DNA of 64,000 bases, taken from Planctomycetota bacterium (GTDB lineage: Bacteria > Planctomycetota > B15-G4). The position numbers and the translations under genes were made by a program. The stretch covers positions 1 through 64,000 of the forward strand of contig JBBQUR010000015.1 of NCBI GenBank assembly GCA_038212275.1, written 5' to 3'. Shown here in pieces: positions 29,965 to 39,431 of this stretch (positions are counted from its first letter, which is position 1; each line of letters begins with the position of its first letter). The notes under the pieces are model-generated. The model was not told where the DNA came from. It ran no database searches and was given only the letters and a program-made list of their open reading frames with translations.

Positions 29965-32099
29965 TCCTCCGTCGTCGACGTCTCGCGATCGCCGAAGAGG
30001 AAGAGCAGCGGGCGCTCGGATTCCTTGCGGCCGATCCAGTCCCAGTAGCGCAGCAGGATCTTGTAGACGAGCAGGCCGACCTCGCCCTCGCCGAGCAGCA
30101 GGTAGCGCATCGACTCGGTCATCTGGTCGCGGCCGGTGAGGCCGAGGAAGATGCGCCGCGGGGCCAGCAGCTCGCTCACGTAGGCGATGGTGTTCGCGAT
30201 CGCGATCGCGCCCGAGACGCTGATCACGTAGTTGTCGCCGTCGCGGCAGACGTCGATGGTGAGCGGCGCGAGGAATTCGCTGCGGTTGTCGAGCTGGCCC
30301 ACGCGCAGGAAGGCCACCGGTCCGTTGACGTGGTAGTGCTGGCGCAGCTCGGTGACTTTCTCCGCGCGCGAGCTGGCCGAGACGCCCTTGAGCGGCACCA
30401 GGTTGACGCTCGCCGCCGCAGCGCCTCCCCACAACTCCGCAGCCTTCGTGCTGGCGAAGTGGATCGTGGAGACGCGCAGCTCCGTGGCGCGCGTGTAGCG
30501 GCTCACGCCGCCGACCACCAGGAAGGCGAGAATGAAGAGCGACGCGATGACGACGCCGTCGGGCCGCTCATAGACGTTGTCCACGAGCGCAAAGAGGAAC
30601 ACGCCGGTCACGACCCAGAAGTAACTGCTGTGCAACCGGCCCTGAAGGCGGCTCACCAGCGAGCCGGCCGCACGGGCCTCGCGCCACAGCGCCAGCGACA
30701 CCGCGAAGGCCGCGGAGGTCATGAGCACCAGCACGCCGGTGGCGTAGGCGCCGGCCTGCGCCTCGACATCCGCGCGGAAGGCCAGCGTCACCAGCACGCT
30801 CACGCCGAAGAGCACCAGCACCAGCGGGCGCTGGTGCGCCGTCCAGCGCGGCGCCATGCCGTAGCGCGGCAGGTAGCGCGGCAGCACCGCCAGCAGTCCC
30901 GCCATCGCCGAGGCCCCCGCGAACCAGAGGATCGCGATGGTGGCGCCGTCGTAGACGCTGCCGAAGCCGTGGCCGAGCATCTCGTGCGCGAGCCACGCGA
31001 TGACGCGGCCCGCCGCGGCGCCGTCCGCCGCGTAGGCCGCCGGCGGGACGAGCAGCGTGGTCACGAAGCTGCTGAGCAGGAGCATCACGCTCATGATGAG
31101 CGCGGCGACGAGCAGCATGCGGCGCGTGGAGCGGATGCGGCCGTGCGGCGGGCCCTCGGGCGGGTCGTCGGCGTCGCCCGCGATGTGCGGCATGACCGAC
31201 ACGCCCGTCTCGAAGCCGGACAGTCCCAGCGCGAGCTTGGGGAACAGGAACACGGCCGCGACGAGCAGCATGGTCCAGTCGCCGCTCGCGCGCAGCTCGC
31301 CGTTCCAGTTGGAAATCAGTTCGGGCTGCTGCGCGATCTTCCAGCAGCCCCAGAGCAGCACGAAGAGATTGAGCAGCAGGTAGGGAATGGCGATGGCCGC
31401 GGCGACGCGGATGGCCTCCTTGAATCCCTTCAGGAAGACGGCCGCGAGCAGGCCGAGCAAGAGCAGCGTGAGGCCGATCTGGTGGCCGCCCAGGTATTCG
31501 TGCAGCAGCGGATTTTCCGCCGCGTGCTCAGCCGCGTCCGCCGCCGAGAGCGTCATCGTGATGATGAAGTCCGTCGCCGCGAAGCCCAGCAGCGTCAGCA
31601 CGAAGAGCTTGCCGTACCAGCCCTTGAACAGGGCCTCGAGCATGGCGATCGAGCCCTGCCCCGCGTACGAGCGCCGCGCGACCTGGCCGTACACCGGCAC
31701 GGCGCAGAGCAGCGTCACGACGATGAGCACGCCCGTCGCGATGGGTGCGATCACGCCGGCCGCCAGCAGCGCGATGCCCGGCTGGTAGCCGAGCGTCGAG
31801 AAGTAGTCGACGCCCGTGAGCCAGAGCACGCGATGCCACGGCTGCGTGGAGTGCGCGGCATGCGCCACCGATGCGCCCTGCGCGGCCTTCGACGCCCTGA
31901 CCGGCTTGAGCGGACCGGGCTCGTGCTCGCTGCCCTCTCCGCCGGCAAGCCAGCGGCCGATCGCGGTGCGGGGCGCCGAGGTGCGCGGCACAGGCAGCGG
32001 CGGGATCTCGTAGATCACTTCGCTGCTGCCGGGGCGCGCAGGCACGGCGACAGGGTCGTTGCCGTTGCCGGCGTGCTTCCCGGATCGTCGTCTGGTCAT
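29961..32099 (-). CDS. APC-superfamily amino acid transporter
   Basis: LTGVDYFSTLGYQPG, LGLSGFETGV, about 12 TM helices and a cytoplasmic C-terminal domain; downstream of glnA. Confidence 0.8.
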   Translation of the reverse strand: MTRRRSGKHAGNGNDPVAVPARPGSSEVIYEIPPLPVPRTSAPRTAIGRWLAGGEGSEHEPGPLKPVRASKAAQGASVAHAAHSTQPWHRVLWLTGVDYFSTLGYQPGIALLAAGVIAPIATGVLIVVTLLCAVPVYGQVARRSYAGQGSIAMLEALFKGWYGKLFVLTLLGFAATDFIITMTLSAADAAEHAAENPLLHEYLGGHQIGLTLLLLGLLAAVFLKGFKEAIRVAAAIAIPYLLLNLFVLLWGCWKIAQQPELISNWNGELRASGDWTMLLVAAVFLFPKLALGLSGFETGVSVMPHIAGDADDPPEGPPHGRIRSTRRMLLVAALIMSVMLLLSSFVTTLLVPPAAYAADGAAAGRVIAWLAHEMLGHGFGSVYDGATIAILWFAGASAMAGLLAVLPRYLPRYGMAPRWTAHQRPLVLVLFGVSVLVTLAFRADVEAQAGAYATGVLVLMTSAAFAVSLALWREARAAGSLVSRLQGRLHSSYFWVVTGVFLFALVDNVYERPDGVVIASLFILAFLVVGGVSRYTRATELRVSTIHFASTKAAELWGGAAAASVNLVPLKGVSASSRAEKVTELRQHYHVNGPVAFLRVGQLDNRSEFLAPLTIDVCRDGDNYVISVSGAIAIANTIAYVSELLAPRRIFLGLTGRDQMTESMRYLLLGEGEVGLLVYKILLRYWDWIGRKESERPLLFLFGDRETSTTED

Positions 32100-32269
32100 G
32101 CTGCGTTCCTCTGGCCCGGCCGCACGGGCCGCCGCGGGGTGCGCGCGGGCCGGCCGGGGCGAAGCGGCGGCAGGTGCGCCCGCATGCGGGCCAGCGTCTC
32201 GCCGCGCCACCCGCTGATCGCGGATGGCGCGGCGTCGTCATCAAATCCGTCCGGCGCGAGGCTCGCGCC

Positions 32270-33697
32270 TCACGCGTCGTAGTACATCGCAAACTCGAGC
32301 GGATGCGGCCTGGTCTTCATGATCAGGACCTCATTCTCATACTTGTACTTGAGCCAGGTAGCGATGAGTTCCTGGCTGAACACATCCCCGCGCAGCAGGA
32401 ACTCATGATCCTTCTCGAGCGCGAGCAGCGCGGCCTCGAGGCTCGTCGGCGCATCCACCACCTGCGCCATCTCTTCCGGCGGCAGGTCGTAGATGTTCTT
32501 GTCGAGCGGGTCTCCCGGATCGATGCGCTTCTGGATGCCGTCGAGACACGCCATCGCGATGGCCGAGAACGCGAGGTAGCCGTTGGCCAGCGGATCGGGG
32601 CAGCGGAACTCGAAGCGCTTGCTGCGCGGCTCGCTGCTGAACATCGGGATGCGGATGGCCGCGCTGCGGTTGCGGCTGCTGTAGGCCAGCTTGATGGGCG
32701 CTTCGAAGTGCGGCACCAGGCGGCGGTAGCTGTTCGTGGTCGGATTCGTGAACGCGATGATCGCGTGCGCGTGGCGCAGCAGGCCGCCGATGGCCCAGCG
32801 GCCGGTGTCGGAGAGGCCCGCGTAGCCGCTGCCCGCGAACAGGTTGGTCTTGTTCTTCCAGATCGAGAAGTGCACGTGCATGCCCGAGCCGTTGTCGCCG
32901 AAGATCGGCTTCGGCATGAAGGTGGCCGTCTTGCCGGCGCGGTGCGCGCACTGCCGCACGATGTATTTGAACCACTGCAGCTTGTCGCCCATGACGACGA
33001 GCTTGTCGTACTTCATGTCGATCTCGGCCTGGCCGGCGCACGCCACCTCGTGGTGCTGGCGCTCCATCTCGATGCCGACGCTCTCCATCGTGCGCATCAT
33101 CTCGCCGCGCAGGTCCTGCAGCTGGTCCACCGGCGGCAGCGGCAGGTAGCCGCCCTTGACGCGCGGACGGAAGCCGTGCGGCGCCGCGGTGCCGCCCGAG
33201 TTCCACGGACCTTCCTCGGAGTCGATCGCGTAGAAGGCGCCCTGCGGATTGTTGTCCCAGCGCACCGAATCGAAGATGAAGAATTCGGGCTCGGGGCCGA
33301 CGTACATCGTGTCGCCGATGCCGGTGGAGAGCAGATACTGCTCCGCGCGCCGGGCCACGCCGCGCGGATCGCGCGCGTAGTCCTCCTTGGTGATCGGGTC
33401 GACCACGTTGGCGACCATCGTCATCGTCGGTTCCGCGAAGAACGGATCGACGACCGCCGTGTTCGGGTCGGGGACGACGAGCATGTCGCTCTCGTCGATG
33501 GCCTTCCAGCCGCGGATCGAGCTGCCGTCGAAGCCGTGGCCGTCGGTGAAGCTGGCCTCATTCACCATCGTGCTGGGCAGGGTGAAGTGATTCCACTGGC
33601 CCAGCAGGTCGCAGAAGCGGATGTCGACCGCCCGGATGTTGCCCGCCTTGATCATCGCGAGCACGTCCTTGCCGGTCTTGCCTTCGTTCAGTCCCAC
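32270..33697 (-). CDS. glnA: Glutamine synthetase type I (GSI-beta)
   Basis: FDGSSIRGW, GPEPEFF, HHEVA, FMPKPIFGDNGSGMHVH, RNRSAAIRIP, adenylylation site NIYDLP; AAGGAGG RBS. Confidence 0.98.
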   Translation of the reverse strand: MGLNEGKTGKDVLAMIKAGNIRAVDIRFCDLLGQWNHFTLPSTMVNEASFTDGHGFDGSSIRGWKAIDESDMLVVPDPNTAVVDPFFAEPTMTMVANVVDPITKEDYARDPRGVARRAEQYLLSTGIGDTMYVGPEPEFFIFDSVRWDNNPQGAFYAIDSEEGPWNSGGTAAPHGFRPRVKGGYLPLPPVDQLQDLRGEMMRTMESVGIEMERQHHEVACAGQAEIDMKYDKLVVMGDKLQWFKYIVRQCAHRAGKTATFMPKPIFGDNGSGMHVHFSIWKNKTNLFAGSGYAGLSDTGRWAIGGLLRHAHAIIAFTNPTTNSYRRLVPHFEAPIKLAYSSRNRSAAIRIPMFSSEPRSKRFEFRCPDPLANGYLAFSAIAMACLDGIQKRIDPGDPLDKNIYDLPPEEMAQVVDAPTSLEAALLALEKDHEFLLRGDVFSQELIATWLKYKYENEVLIMKTRPHPLEFAMYYDA

Positions 33698-33715
33698 TCG
33701 GTGCCTCCTTTCGGT

Positions 33716-33823
33716 TGTCGGTGTGTGTGGTGTCGTTGGATGCTGTGTCGTTGGATGCGGTGTTGCTGCATGTGCTGTCGCGAGAAGTGCTGTCGCGAGC
33801 TGTGCTGTCGGAGTCTGCTGTCG
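33716..33823. repeat. 15-nt-period degenerate tandem repeat between the P-II gene and glnA
   Basis: TGT(C/T)G ends at 33720, 33735, 33750, 33765, 33780, 33795, 33810 and then 33823; coding strand reads CGACA-based C/A-rich units. Confidence 0.85.
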
Positions 33824-33857
33824 TCGATCGGAATCGCTGCGTGGCCGGTCGTTTCGC

Positions 33858-34166
33858 TCAGATCGCTTCGGGGCCGGTCTCCCCGGTGCGGAGGCGGATC
33901 ACGTCGTGAAGCTCCCACGTGAAGATGCGCCCGCGCTCGCCGCCGGCCTGCTCGATGGCGGACACGGCCGCCTCGACGAAGCCGTCGTTCACGCCGATCT
34001 CGATGCGGACCATCGGCTCGGGCGAGAGCTCGGAGAAGGCCACGGCGTGCATGTCCGAGACGCCGTGCACCTCGCTGACCGTCATGCGGAAGATCTCGGC
34101 ATCCGCCAGCAGCGCCGTGACCGCCGCAAGGCGCTCGGGTGCAAGGATGGCCTGGATCATGCGCAT
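33858..34166 (-). CDS. Degenerate P-II family nitrogen regulator (GlnB/GlnK-like)
   Basis: MIQAILAP..MTVSEVHG..VRIEIGV..GRIF..VIRLRTGETGPEAI; 102 aa; T-loop shortened. Confidence 0.88.
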   Translation of the reverse strand: MRMIQAILAPERLAAVTALLADAEIFRMTVSEVHGVSDMHAVAFSELSPEPMVRIEIGVNDGFVEAAVSAIEQAGGERGRIFTWELHDVIRLRTGETGPEAI

Positions 34167-34542
34167 GTCGGAACCGCCGCGGGGAGCAAGGACCTGAGGA
34201 GGGCTGCCCGGCGGTCCGCATCCGGGCCTCGCGATCAGAGGTCCGGGGCCGGAATGTAGCGGAGACACGGGGCCGCCCACAATGCCGGCCGCCGCGCATT
34301 CCCGGAGCGCGCGCCGGCGCCCGACGGAATCGCGTGCAGCCGCTGGAGTTGCGCCGGAAGATGGCTACGCTTTGCGGTGCATGGTCCCGTCGCAGGCGGT
34401 GGCGGACATGCACTGCGCGCGTTGCAGCGTGCAGCCGATGGCGGCGGCCGACGAGGCGCCGTGAGGCAGAGTCGAGGTCGAGCTGCGGAGACGGACTCCT
34501 GGCTGCAGGGGTCCGGGCGAAGCCGCTCACAGGGAGGGACTC

Positions 34543-34653
34543 GTGAGATCGGACACCAGAGAGCTGGAGCTGCGCTGGGCCGCAGCAGCGTTCGTGCTGC
34601 TGGGCATCGCCGTCACGCTGACCGTTTTCAACGGACTGGCGCAGACGGGCTGA
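34543..34653 (+). CDS. Small single-TM protein, 36 aa (MRSDTRELELRWAAAAFVLLGIAVTLTVFNGLAQTG)
   Basis: AGGGAGGG SD 4 nt before GTG; one hydrophobic helix; GC3-biased codons; below the ORF-track length cutoff. Confidence 0.55.
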   Translation: MRSDTRELELRWAAAAFVLLGIAVTLTVFNGLAQTG

Positions 34654-34672
34654 ATCGGGCGCCGGGGCCCGC

Positions 34673-36724
34673 CTAGCGCGCGGCCTCGGCGTTCATCTCC
34701 TGATTGCGGACGTGGTCGGTGTAGCTGGCCGGGTTGCTCATGCCCGTCGTGTGGCACCAGCCGGCGACGTGCCCCATCGAGTGGGCGCCGGGAAGCTGGC
34801 AGCGGGCGCGCTCCACCGTGCCGTCGTTGGGGCTGCCCAGGACGAGGTTGGTGAAGAAGCTGCACGCCGAGCCGGAGTTCTGCGTGGTCCAGTAGAAGAC
34901 CTCGCCGCGCGCCCAGCTCGGGATGCCCGCCAGCCACATCGGCGCGCCGCTGGTGGTCATGTCGTTGTTCACGCCGCAGGCGAAGAAACCCAGCGACGCC
35001 AGCGGCGTGCCCTGGTAGGGCGAGGCCAGCGACTGGATGCGCCGCGGCCCGATCGCGTAGTCCAGGCCGCTGTTGTAGTAGGTCAGCAGGTGCAGCGCGG
35101 CGAGGCCGCCCTGGCTGTGCCCGACGAAGCCGAAGGAGTCCTTGCCCGCGCCGGCCGCCGCGAGCAGCTGCGCGAAGGCGTCGTTGCTGCGGTTGGCATT
35201 CGGGTCCAGGAACTCCAGCTTCGGCGATGAGAAGTCCGCCGCCGGCCAGATGGAGCCGTTCGAGCAGTAGCCGTGCGAGAGCATCAGCGCGCGCTGCCAC
35301 GTGAAGTCCAGCAGCACGCTGCTGGTGAAGTCGGTGAGCAGCCCCGGCGACGCGCCGATGGTGACGGCCGGCGCACCGGGCAGCGGCGCGCCCAGCAGCA
35401 TCGCCGGCGTGATCGCGCCCGCGGCCTGCAGGCCCGAGGCCGGCAGCGCATTCGCCGGCAGCGCATTTGAAGGCAGGGACAGCGCCGCCAGCTCATCGAA
35501 GGGCACGTGACTGTCCGGGTCCTGCACGCGCACGCGGCGCAGCTCCAGCGGGCCGCGCGTTCCGGCGCGCGCCAGCCAGCGGCCGTCGAGATGCAGGTGA
35601 AGACTGGTGGTGCCCCACGTCTCCTCCGGCAGGCCGATCGTGGAGAGCCACGCGACAGGCACTGCCGTGCCCTGCGCGTCCGGGCCCCACACTTCGGCGG
35701 AGAGATGCAGGCGTCGCAGCGCCGTCAGCGGCTGCAGCGCGATCTCGATGTCGAGGCGCTGGTCGTCCAGCGGCGCCGCGTTGGCCCAACCACCGAGACG
35801 CACCGCCGGCTCCTCGATCACGAAGGCGTGCTGGACGCTGCGCACGAAGGCCGCCCCGCCCGTTGCTCCGCCTGCCGCGCGGCCCACCGCCCCGCCTGCC
35901 GCGCCGCCTGCTGCTCCGCTCGGTGCGCGGCCGCTCATGACCACGGCCACGCGCGTCGCGCCCGGCGGCAGCGGGCCGATCCACGCGCCAGCCACGCCGT
36001 CGCCGGGCGCGCCATCATCGTGCAGGCCGTCGTCCAGCAGCGGTTGCGTCCAGCGGCCGGCGGCGGACTCGATGCGCGCCTCGCCGAAGCCGTCGGCCCG
36101 CGCGCCCGCCGCGCCCTCCAGCGACGCGACGACGGAGAAGGCGCGGTCCGAGAGCAGCGCGGTCGTGCCGAGGTGACTGCGCAGCACGACGTCGGCGCCG
36201 CCCGCCGTGCGCACGGCGAGCCACGCCGACGACGGAGCATCGCCTGCGGCTGCGCCTGAAGCCGCGGGCGTGCGCACGCGCACGCGCCAGCTCCCCGCGT
36301 CGGCCGCGCCGAGCGCCAGCCCCACCGCGTGGCGCGGGTCGTCGGCGGCCAGTGTCTCGACGACGCGACGCGACCCTGCGTCGGCCGCCCAGCTCGCGGC
36401 GTCGCGCAGCTCGCCGCCCGGTGCGGCCAGCTCCCAGGTCCAGCTCTCCGCGCTCACGCCGAGCAGGCCCAGCGACAGCGGGCCGGCGCGCTCGACGGGC
36501 AGGTCCAGCGCCGCCACCCACTCGCCGCCCGCGCGCTGCCACGACAGCTCGAGCACCGCGCCGGTCGACGCGACCTCCAGCGCCGCAGGCTCGGGCAGCA
36601 CGACGAGCCCCGAGAGGATGTCGCTTGGCGGCGCCGCGAGATGCCGCGCCACCTGCGCGCGCGGGGCCGCAGTCAGCAGCACGAAACATCCAAGGGCGGC
36701 TGCGAGCAAGGTGTGGCGACGCAT
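34673..36724 (-). CDS. Secreted conditioned-medium-factor (CmfA)-like protein with C-terminal alpha/beta-hydrolase
   Basis: Signal peptide; LLDDGLHDDG..GDG; RVQDPDSHVP; HGYCS, GHSQGG, YNSGLD, SPYQGT, WCHTTGM, RNQEMNAEAAR. Confidence 0.7.
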   Translation of the reverse strand: MRRHTLLAAALGCFVLLTAAPRAQVARHLAAPPSDILSGLVVLPEPAALEVASTGAVLELSWQRAGGEWVAALDLPVERAGPLSLGLLGVSAESWTWELAAPGGELRDAASWAADAGSRRVVETLAADDPRHAVGLALGAADAGSWRVRVRTPAASGAAAGDAPSSAWLAVRTAGGADVVLRSHLGTTALLSDRAFSVVASLEGAAGARADGFGEARIESAAGRWTQPLLDDGLHDDGAPGDGVAGAWIGPLPPGATRVAVVMSGRAPSGAAGGAAGGAVGRAAGGATGGAAFVRSVQHAFVIEEPAVRLGGWANAAPLDDQRLDIEIALQPLTALRRLHLSAEVWGPDAQGTAVPVAWLSTIGLPEETWGTTSLHLHLDGRWLARAGTRGPLELRRVRVQDPDSHVPFDELAALSLPSNALPANALPASGLQAAGAITPAMLLGAPLPGAPAVTIGASPGLLTDFTSSVLLDFTWQRALMLSHGYCSNGSIWPAADFSSPKLEFLDPNANRSNDAFAQLLAAAGAGKDSFGFVGHSQGGLAALHLLTYYNSGLDYAIGPRRIQSLASPYQGTPLASLGFFACGVNNDMTTSGAPMWLAGIPSWARGEVFYWTTQNSGSACSFFTNLVLGSPNDGTVERARCQLPGAHSMGHVAGWCHTTGMSNPASYTDHVRNQEMNAEAAR

Positions 36725-36778
36725 GGCAGTCTCCCGAAGCGAGCGGGCTGCCATCCTAATGCGCCTGCGCCGACCGCG

Positions 36779-36844
36779 CCCGCGCCTCTACCCGCGCCCT
36801 CACCCGCGCCCTCACCCGAGCCCGCACCCGAGCCCGCACCCGCG
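36779..36844. repeat. 12-bp tandem repeat, about 5.5 copies, in a divergent intergenic region
   Basis: CCCG(C/A)GCCC(T/G)CA-like units. Confidence 0.85.
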
Positions 36845-36975
36845 GTCGGCGACAGCGCTCCAGCCCGCACAGCGCCCGCGTCTCTGCCCGCGCCCGGCCG
36901 CAAGCTCCGGCGCCCCGTCGGCCGATAGGGGCTGGCCGGACGCCTGCGTCGCCGCTGCGGAAACACGAGCCCACG

Positions 36976-37455
36976 ATGTCCACCTCGAACCGATGCATGC
37001 TCCTGCTCGGCGCCCTCGCGCTGGTCCTCTCGGTGGCCGGCGTGCTCGTGCCCCGCGCCGCGCCCGAGGCCGCGCCGCAGCCGTCCGCGGCACGCAGCGT
37101 CGGGACGCCCTTCGAGCTGCTGCTCTTCGGCACCTCGAATGACAGCGAACGCCTCAAGGGCGGCACGCCACCGCTGCTCGTGCATCGCGTGCCGGCCGGC
37201 GTCGAGCTCCGGCTCACGGACGTGGACGCCACGTCGGGCGGCCTCGTGCTGTGGCGGCGCTCGCAGCAGCGCCTCGTGCAGGTGGGCTTCGTCGTGGACC
37301 GCGCCGCGGTGGGCCTCGGGCAGAGTTCGCGCAGCTACGCGACGGGCATCCGCTTCGAGCCCGGCGACGAACTGCTGATCCAGGCGGCCGGCGGCGACGT
37401 GGAGTGGGCCGCGCTGCGCGGCGTCGTCGTGCCGGTGGCGCCCGCAGGCGAGTAG
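36976..37455 (+). CDS. Hypothetical exported protein
   Basis: Hydrophobic N-terminus; typical codon bias. Confidence 0.6.
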   Translation: MSTSNRCMLLLGALALVLSVAGVLVPRAAPEAAPQPSAARSVGTPFELLLFGTSNDSERLKGGTPPLLVHRVPAGVELRLTDVDATSGGLVLWRRSQQRLVQVGFVVDRAAVGLGQSSRSYATGIRFEPGDELLIQAAGGDVEWAALRGVVVPVAPAGE

Positions 37456-37470
37456 CCGGCGCGCCGCGCG

Positions 37471-39411
37471 CTACGACGGGAAGACGAAGAACTCGAGCAG
37501 CTGCCAGCGCATGTCGTCGCCGGCCATCGCCATGAGCTGCACGAAGCGCGCCTGCACGGGCCCCAGCGCGACGTTCCACGCGTCTGTCTCCGGCGCCAGC
37601 ACGGTGAAGGGGCTCCAGCGCACGCCGTCCATCGAGGTGCGCACGCCGATGCGTTTCGGGTGGCCGAGCCACGGGAAGAACAGGAAGCCGAGGCGTCCGA
37701 TGCTGCGCGCGCCGCCGAGATCCACCGTGAGCATCGGCGGGTCCACCGCATCGAGCGGCCGCTCGAAGGCATTCCAGCCGGTGCGCGGATCGAGGTCGAT
37801 CGCCTTGCCCGCCATCGCCGGCGAGCTGTTGGAGTCCGCGGCCCATTCGCGCGCGGGGTAGCCGGTGTCGTCCAGCAGCGCGATGCGCTGGCCGTCCACG
37901 TCGCGCTCCTCGAAGACGACGCCTGCGCCGGCAAGCTGATCGAACACCGGGCCGATCGAGTGGGCGTCTTCACCGTCACGGAAGACGGCCCACGCGTGAC
38001 GTGAAGCGGCGCGGTAGCGCGCCAGCTGCGACGGGTCGCGCGGCGGCGCGGGCACGATGCGGTCGCCCGAGAGGAAGTTGATCGAGTAGCCCATCCAGTG
38101 CGGGCCGGCGAGGCCCTCAATGCCGTGCTCGTCGAGCAGCGCCATGCAGCGCTCGGGCGTGCCGCCGTGCAGATAGGCCGCAAAGGTTTCGCCCGTGTAC
38201 GCGCCGTCTCCCGTGCCGACGTGCTGCCACAGCGAGTGCAGGTTGGCGACGAGCAGCGCCGCGAACACGCAGGCCGTGAGCGCGCGCACCGCAGCCGTGC
38301 GGCGCTCCCAGCCCCACGCGACGCCCGCGCCGAAAGCGAGCGCCATCGCGGGGTAGAGCACGATCGCGAAGCGCGGCTCGGGATCCGAGCCGAAGCGCGA
38401 GAAGGCCATCGCGCCGGCGTAGTAGATCGGCACGGTGAGCAGCAGCAGTTCGCTGCCCGAACTCGCGCCCGAACTCGCGCCCGGTGCGCGGCGCCTCCCG
38501 AGGCGCAGCAGCTCCGCGAGTCCGCCGCGCTCGCGCCACAGCAGGCACGCGACCGACACCGCGAACAGCGCGGCAATCGCCCAGACCCAGGCCGGCGAGT
38601 CGCTGCCGTCGGACCACGGCGCCTGCATGCCGAGGAGCTGCGGCGGATGGCGCAGGAAGCTGTTGGAGAGCTGGAAGCCCGGGCCGCCGGGCGGGCGGTG
38701 CAGCATGAAGCGGAAGGTCTCGCCGCCGCTGAGCACGTTGCTCACGAGCAGCGGCGCCGCACCGACGAGAAAGCCGCAGCCCGCGACGACGAGCATCCCC
38801 ACGCGGTTCACGAGCTGCCGCCGCGCGATCAGGGAGATGAGCGCCGCGCCGAGGAAGGGAAAGGCCAGCAGATTGAGCCACGTGGCGAGGCCCATGAGAA
38901 CGCCGAGCCACGCCGCGCGGCTGCGGGTCGCGCCGCGCGTGCCGATCGTGTGCGCCAGCAGCAGGATCGCCAGCCCGAGCGCAAGCAGCGACGTGTAGCC
39001 GCCGCGCAGCTTCAGCGACCACTCGCTGAGCATCATCGGCGGCAGCGCGAGGTAGAGCCCCGCCGCGAAGCCGCCCGCCGCGCCGAGCACGCGGCGCGCG
39101 AGCAGATAGCCGAGCGCCACCGTGGCGAGAGCGAAGGCCAGGGCCGTGAGCTTCAGCGCCACCGCGCTCGCGCCGAACAGCGCGACAGGCAGCGCCGCGA
39201 CCCAGGCTTCCAGCGAGCCCATGTAGGGCTGGCCGTAGTAGAAGACGGGGAAGTCGGTCAGCCGCGCGATGTGCAGCGCCATGAGGCCGATCGTGCCCTC
39301 GTCGCCGTCGATGGCGAAGTCGGTGCGCAGGAGGATCGCGAGGCGCCACGCGAAGGCGAGCAGCAGCAGCAGCAGTGCCGAGGCCATCGTGCGTGTGCGG
39401 GAGGTCGTCAT
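37471..39411 (-). CDS. GT-C fold (ArnT/PMT-like) membrane glycosyltransferase with C-terminal discoidin (F5/8)-like domain
   Basis: DGDEGTIGLMA..FYYGQPYMGSLE, multiple TM helices, EPRF; C-terminal AIDLDPRTGW..VDLGG..SMDGVRW..ARFVQL. Confidence 0.75.
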   Translation of the reverse strand: MTTSRTRTMASALLLLLLAFAWRLAILLRTDFAIDGDEGTIGLMALHIARLTDFPVFYYGQPYMGSLEAWVAALPVALFGASAVALKLTALAFALATVALGYLLARRVLGAAGGFAAGLYLALPPMMLSEWSLKLRGGYTSLLALGLAILLLAHTIGTRGATRSRAAWLGVLMGLATWLNLLAFPFLGAALISLIARRQLVNRVGMLVVAGCGFLVGAAPLLVSNVLSGGETFRFMLHRPPGGPGFQLSNSFLRHPPQLLGMQAPWSDGSDSPAWVWAIAALFAVSVACLLWRERGGLAELLRLGRRRAPGASSGASSGSELLLLTVPIYYAGAMAFSRFGSDPEPRFAIVLYPAMALAFGAGVAWGWERRTAAVRALTACVFAALLVANLHSLWQHVGTGDGAYTGETFAAYLHGGTPERCMALLDEHGIEGLAGPHWMGYSINFLSGDRIVPAPPRDPSQLARYRAASRHAWAVFRDGEDAHSIGPVFDQLAGAGVVFEERDVDGQRIALLDDTGYPAREWAADSNSSPAMAGKAIDLDPRTGWNAFERPLDAVDPPMLTVDLGGARSIGRLGFLFFPWLGHPKRIGVRTSMDGVRWSPFTVLAPETDAWNVALGPVQARFVQLMAMAGDDMRWQLLEFFVFPS

Positions 39412-39431
39412 GTCGCGCTCGCCGGCGTGCC

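Noticed and set aside
33716..33823. CRISPR or mini-array interpretation of the 15-nt repeats
   Set aside because: Units are far too short (5-nt core, 10-nt spacer); kept only as a putative regulatory repeat
34355..34435. Sigma54 promoter / NtrC boxes upstream of the P-II gene
   Set aside because: TGGC..TTGC has GG-N9-GC rather than N10 spacing, and the TGCA pairs do not fit the 17-bp NtrC palindrome
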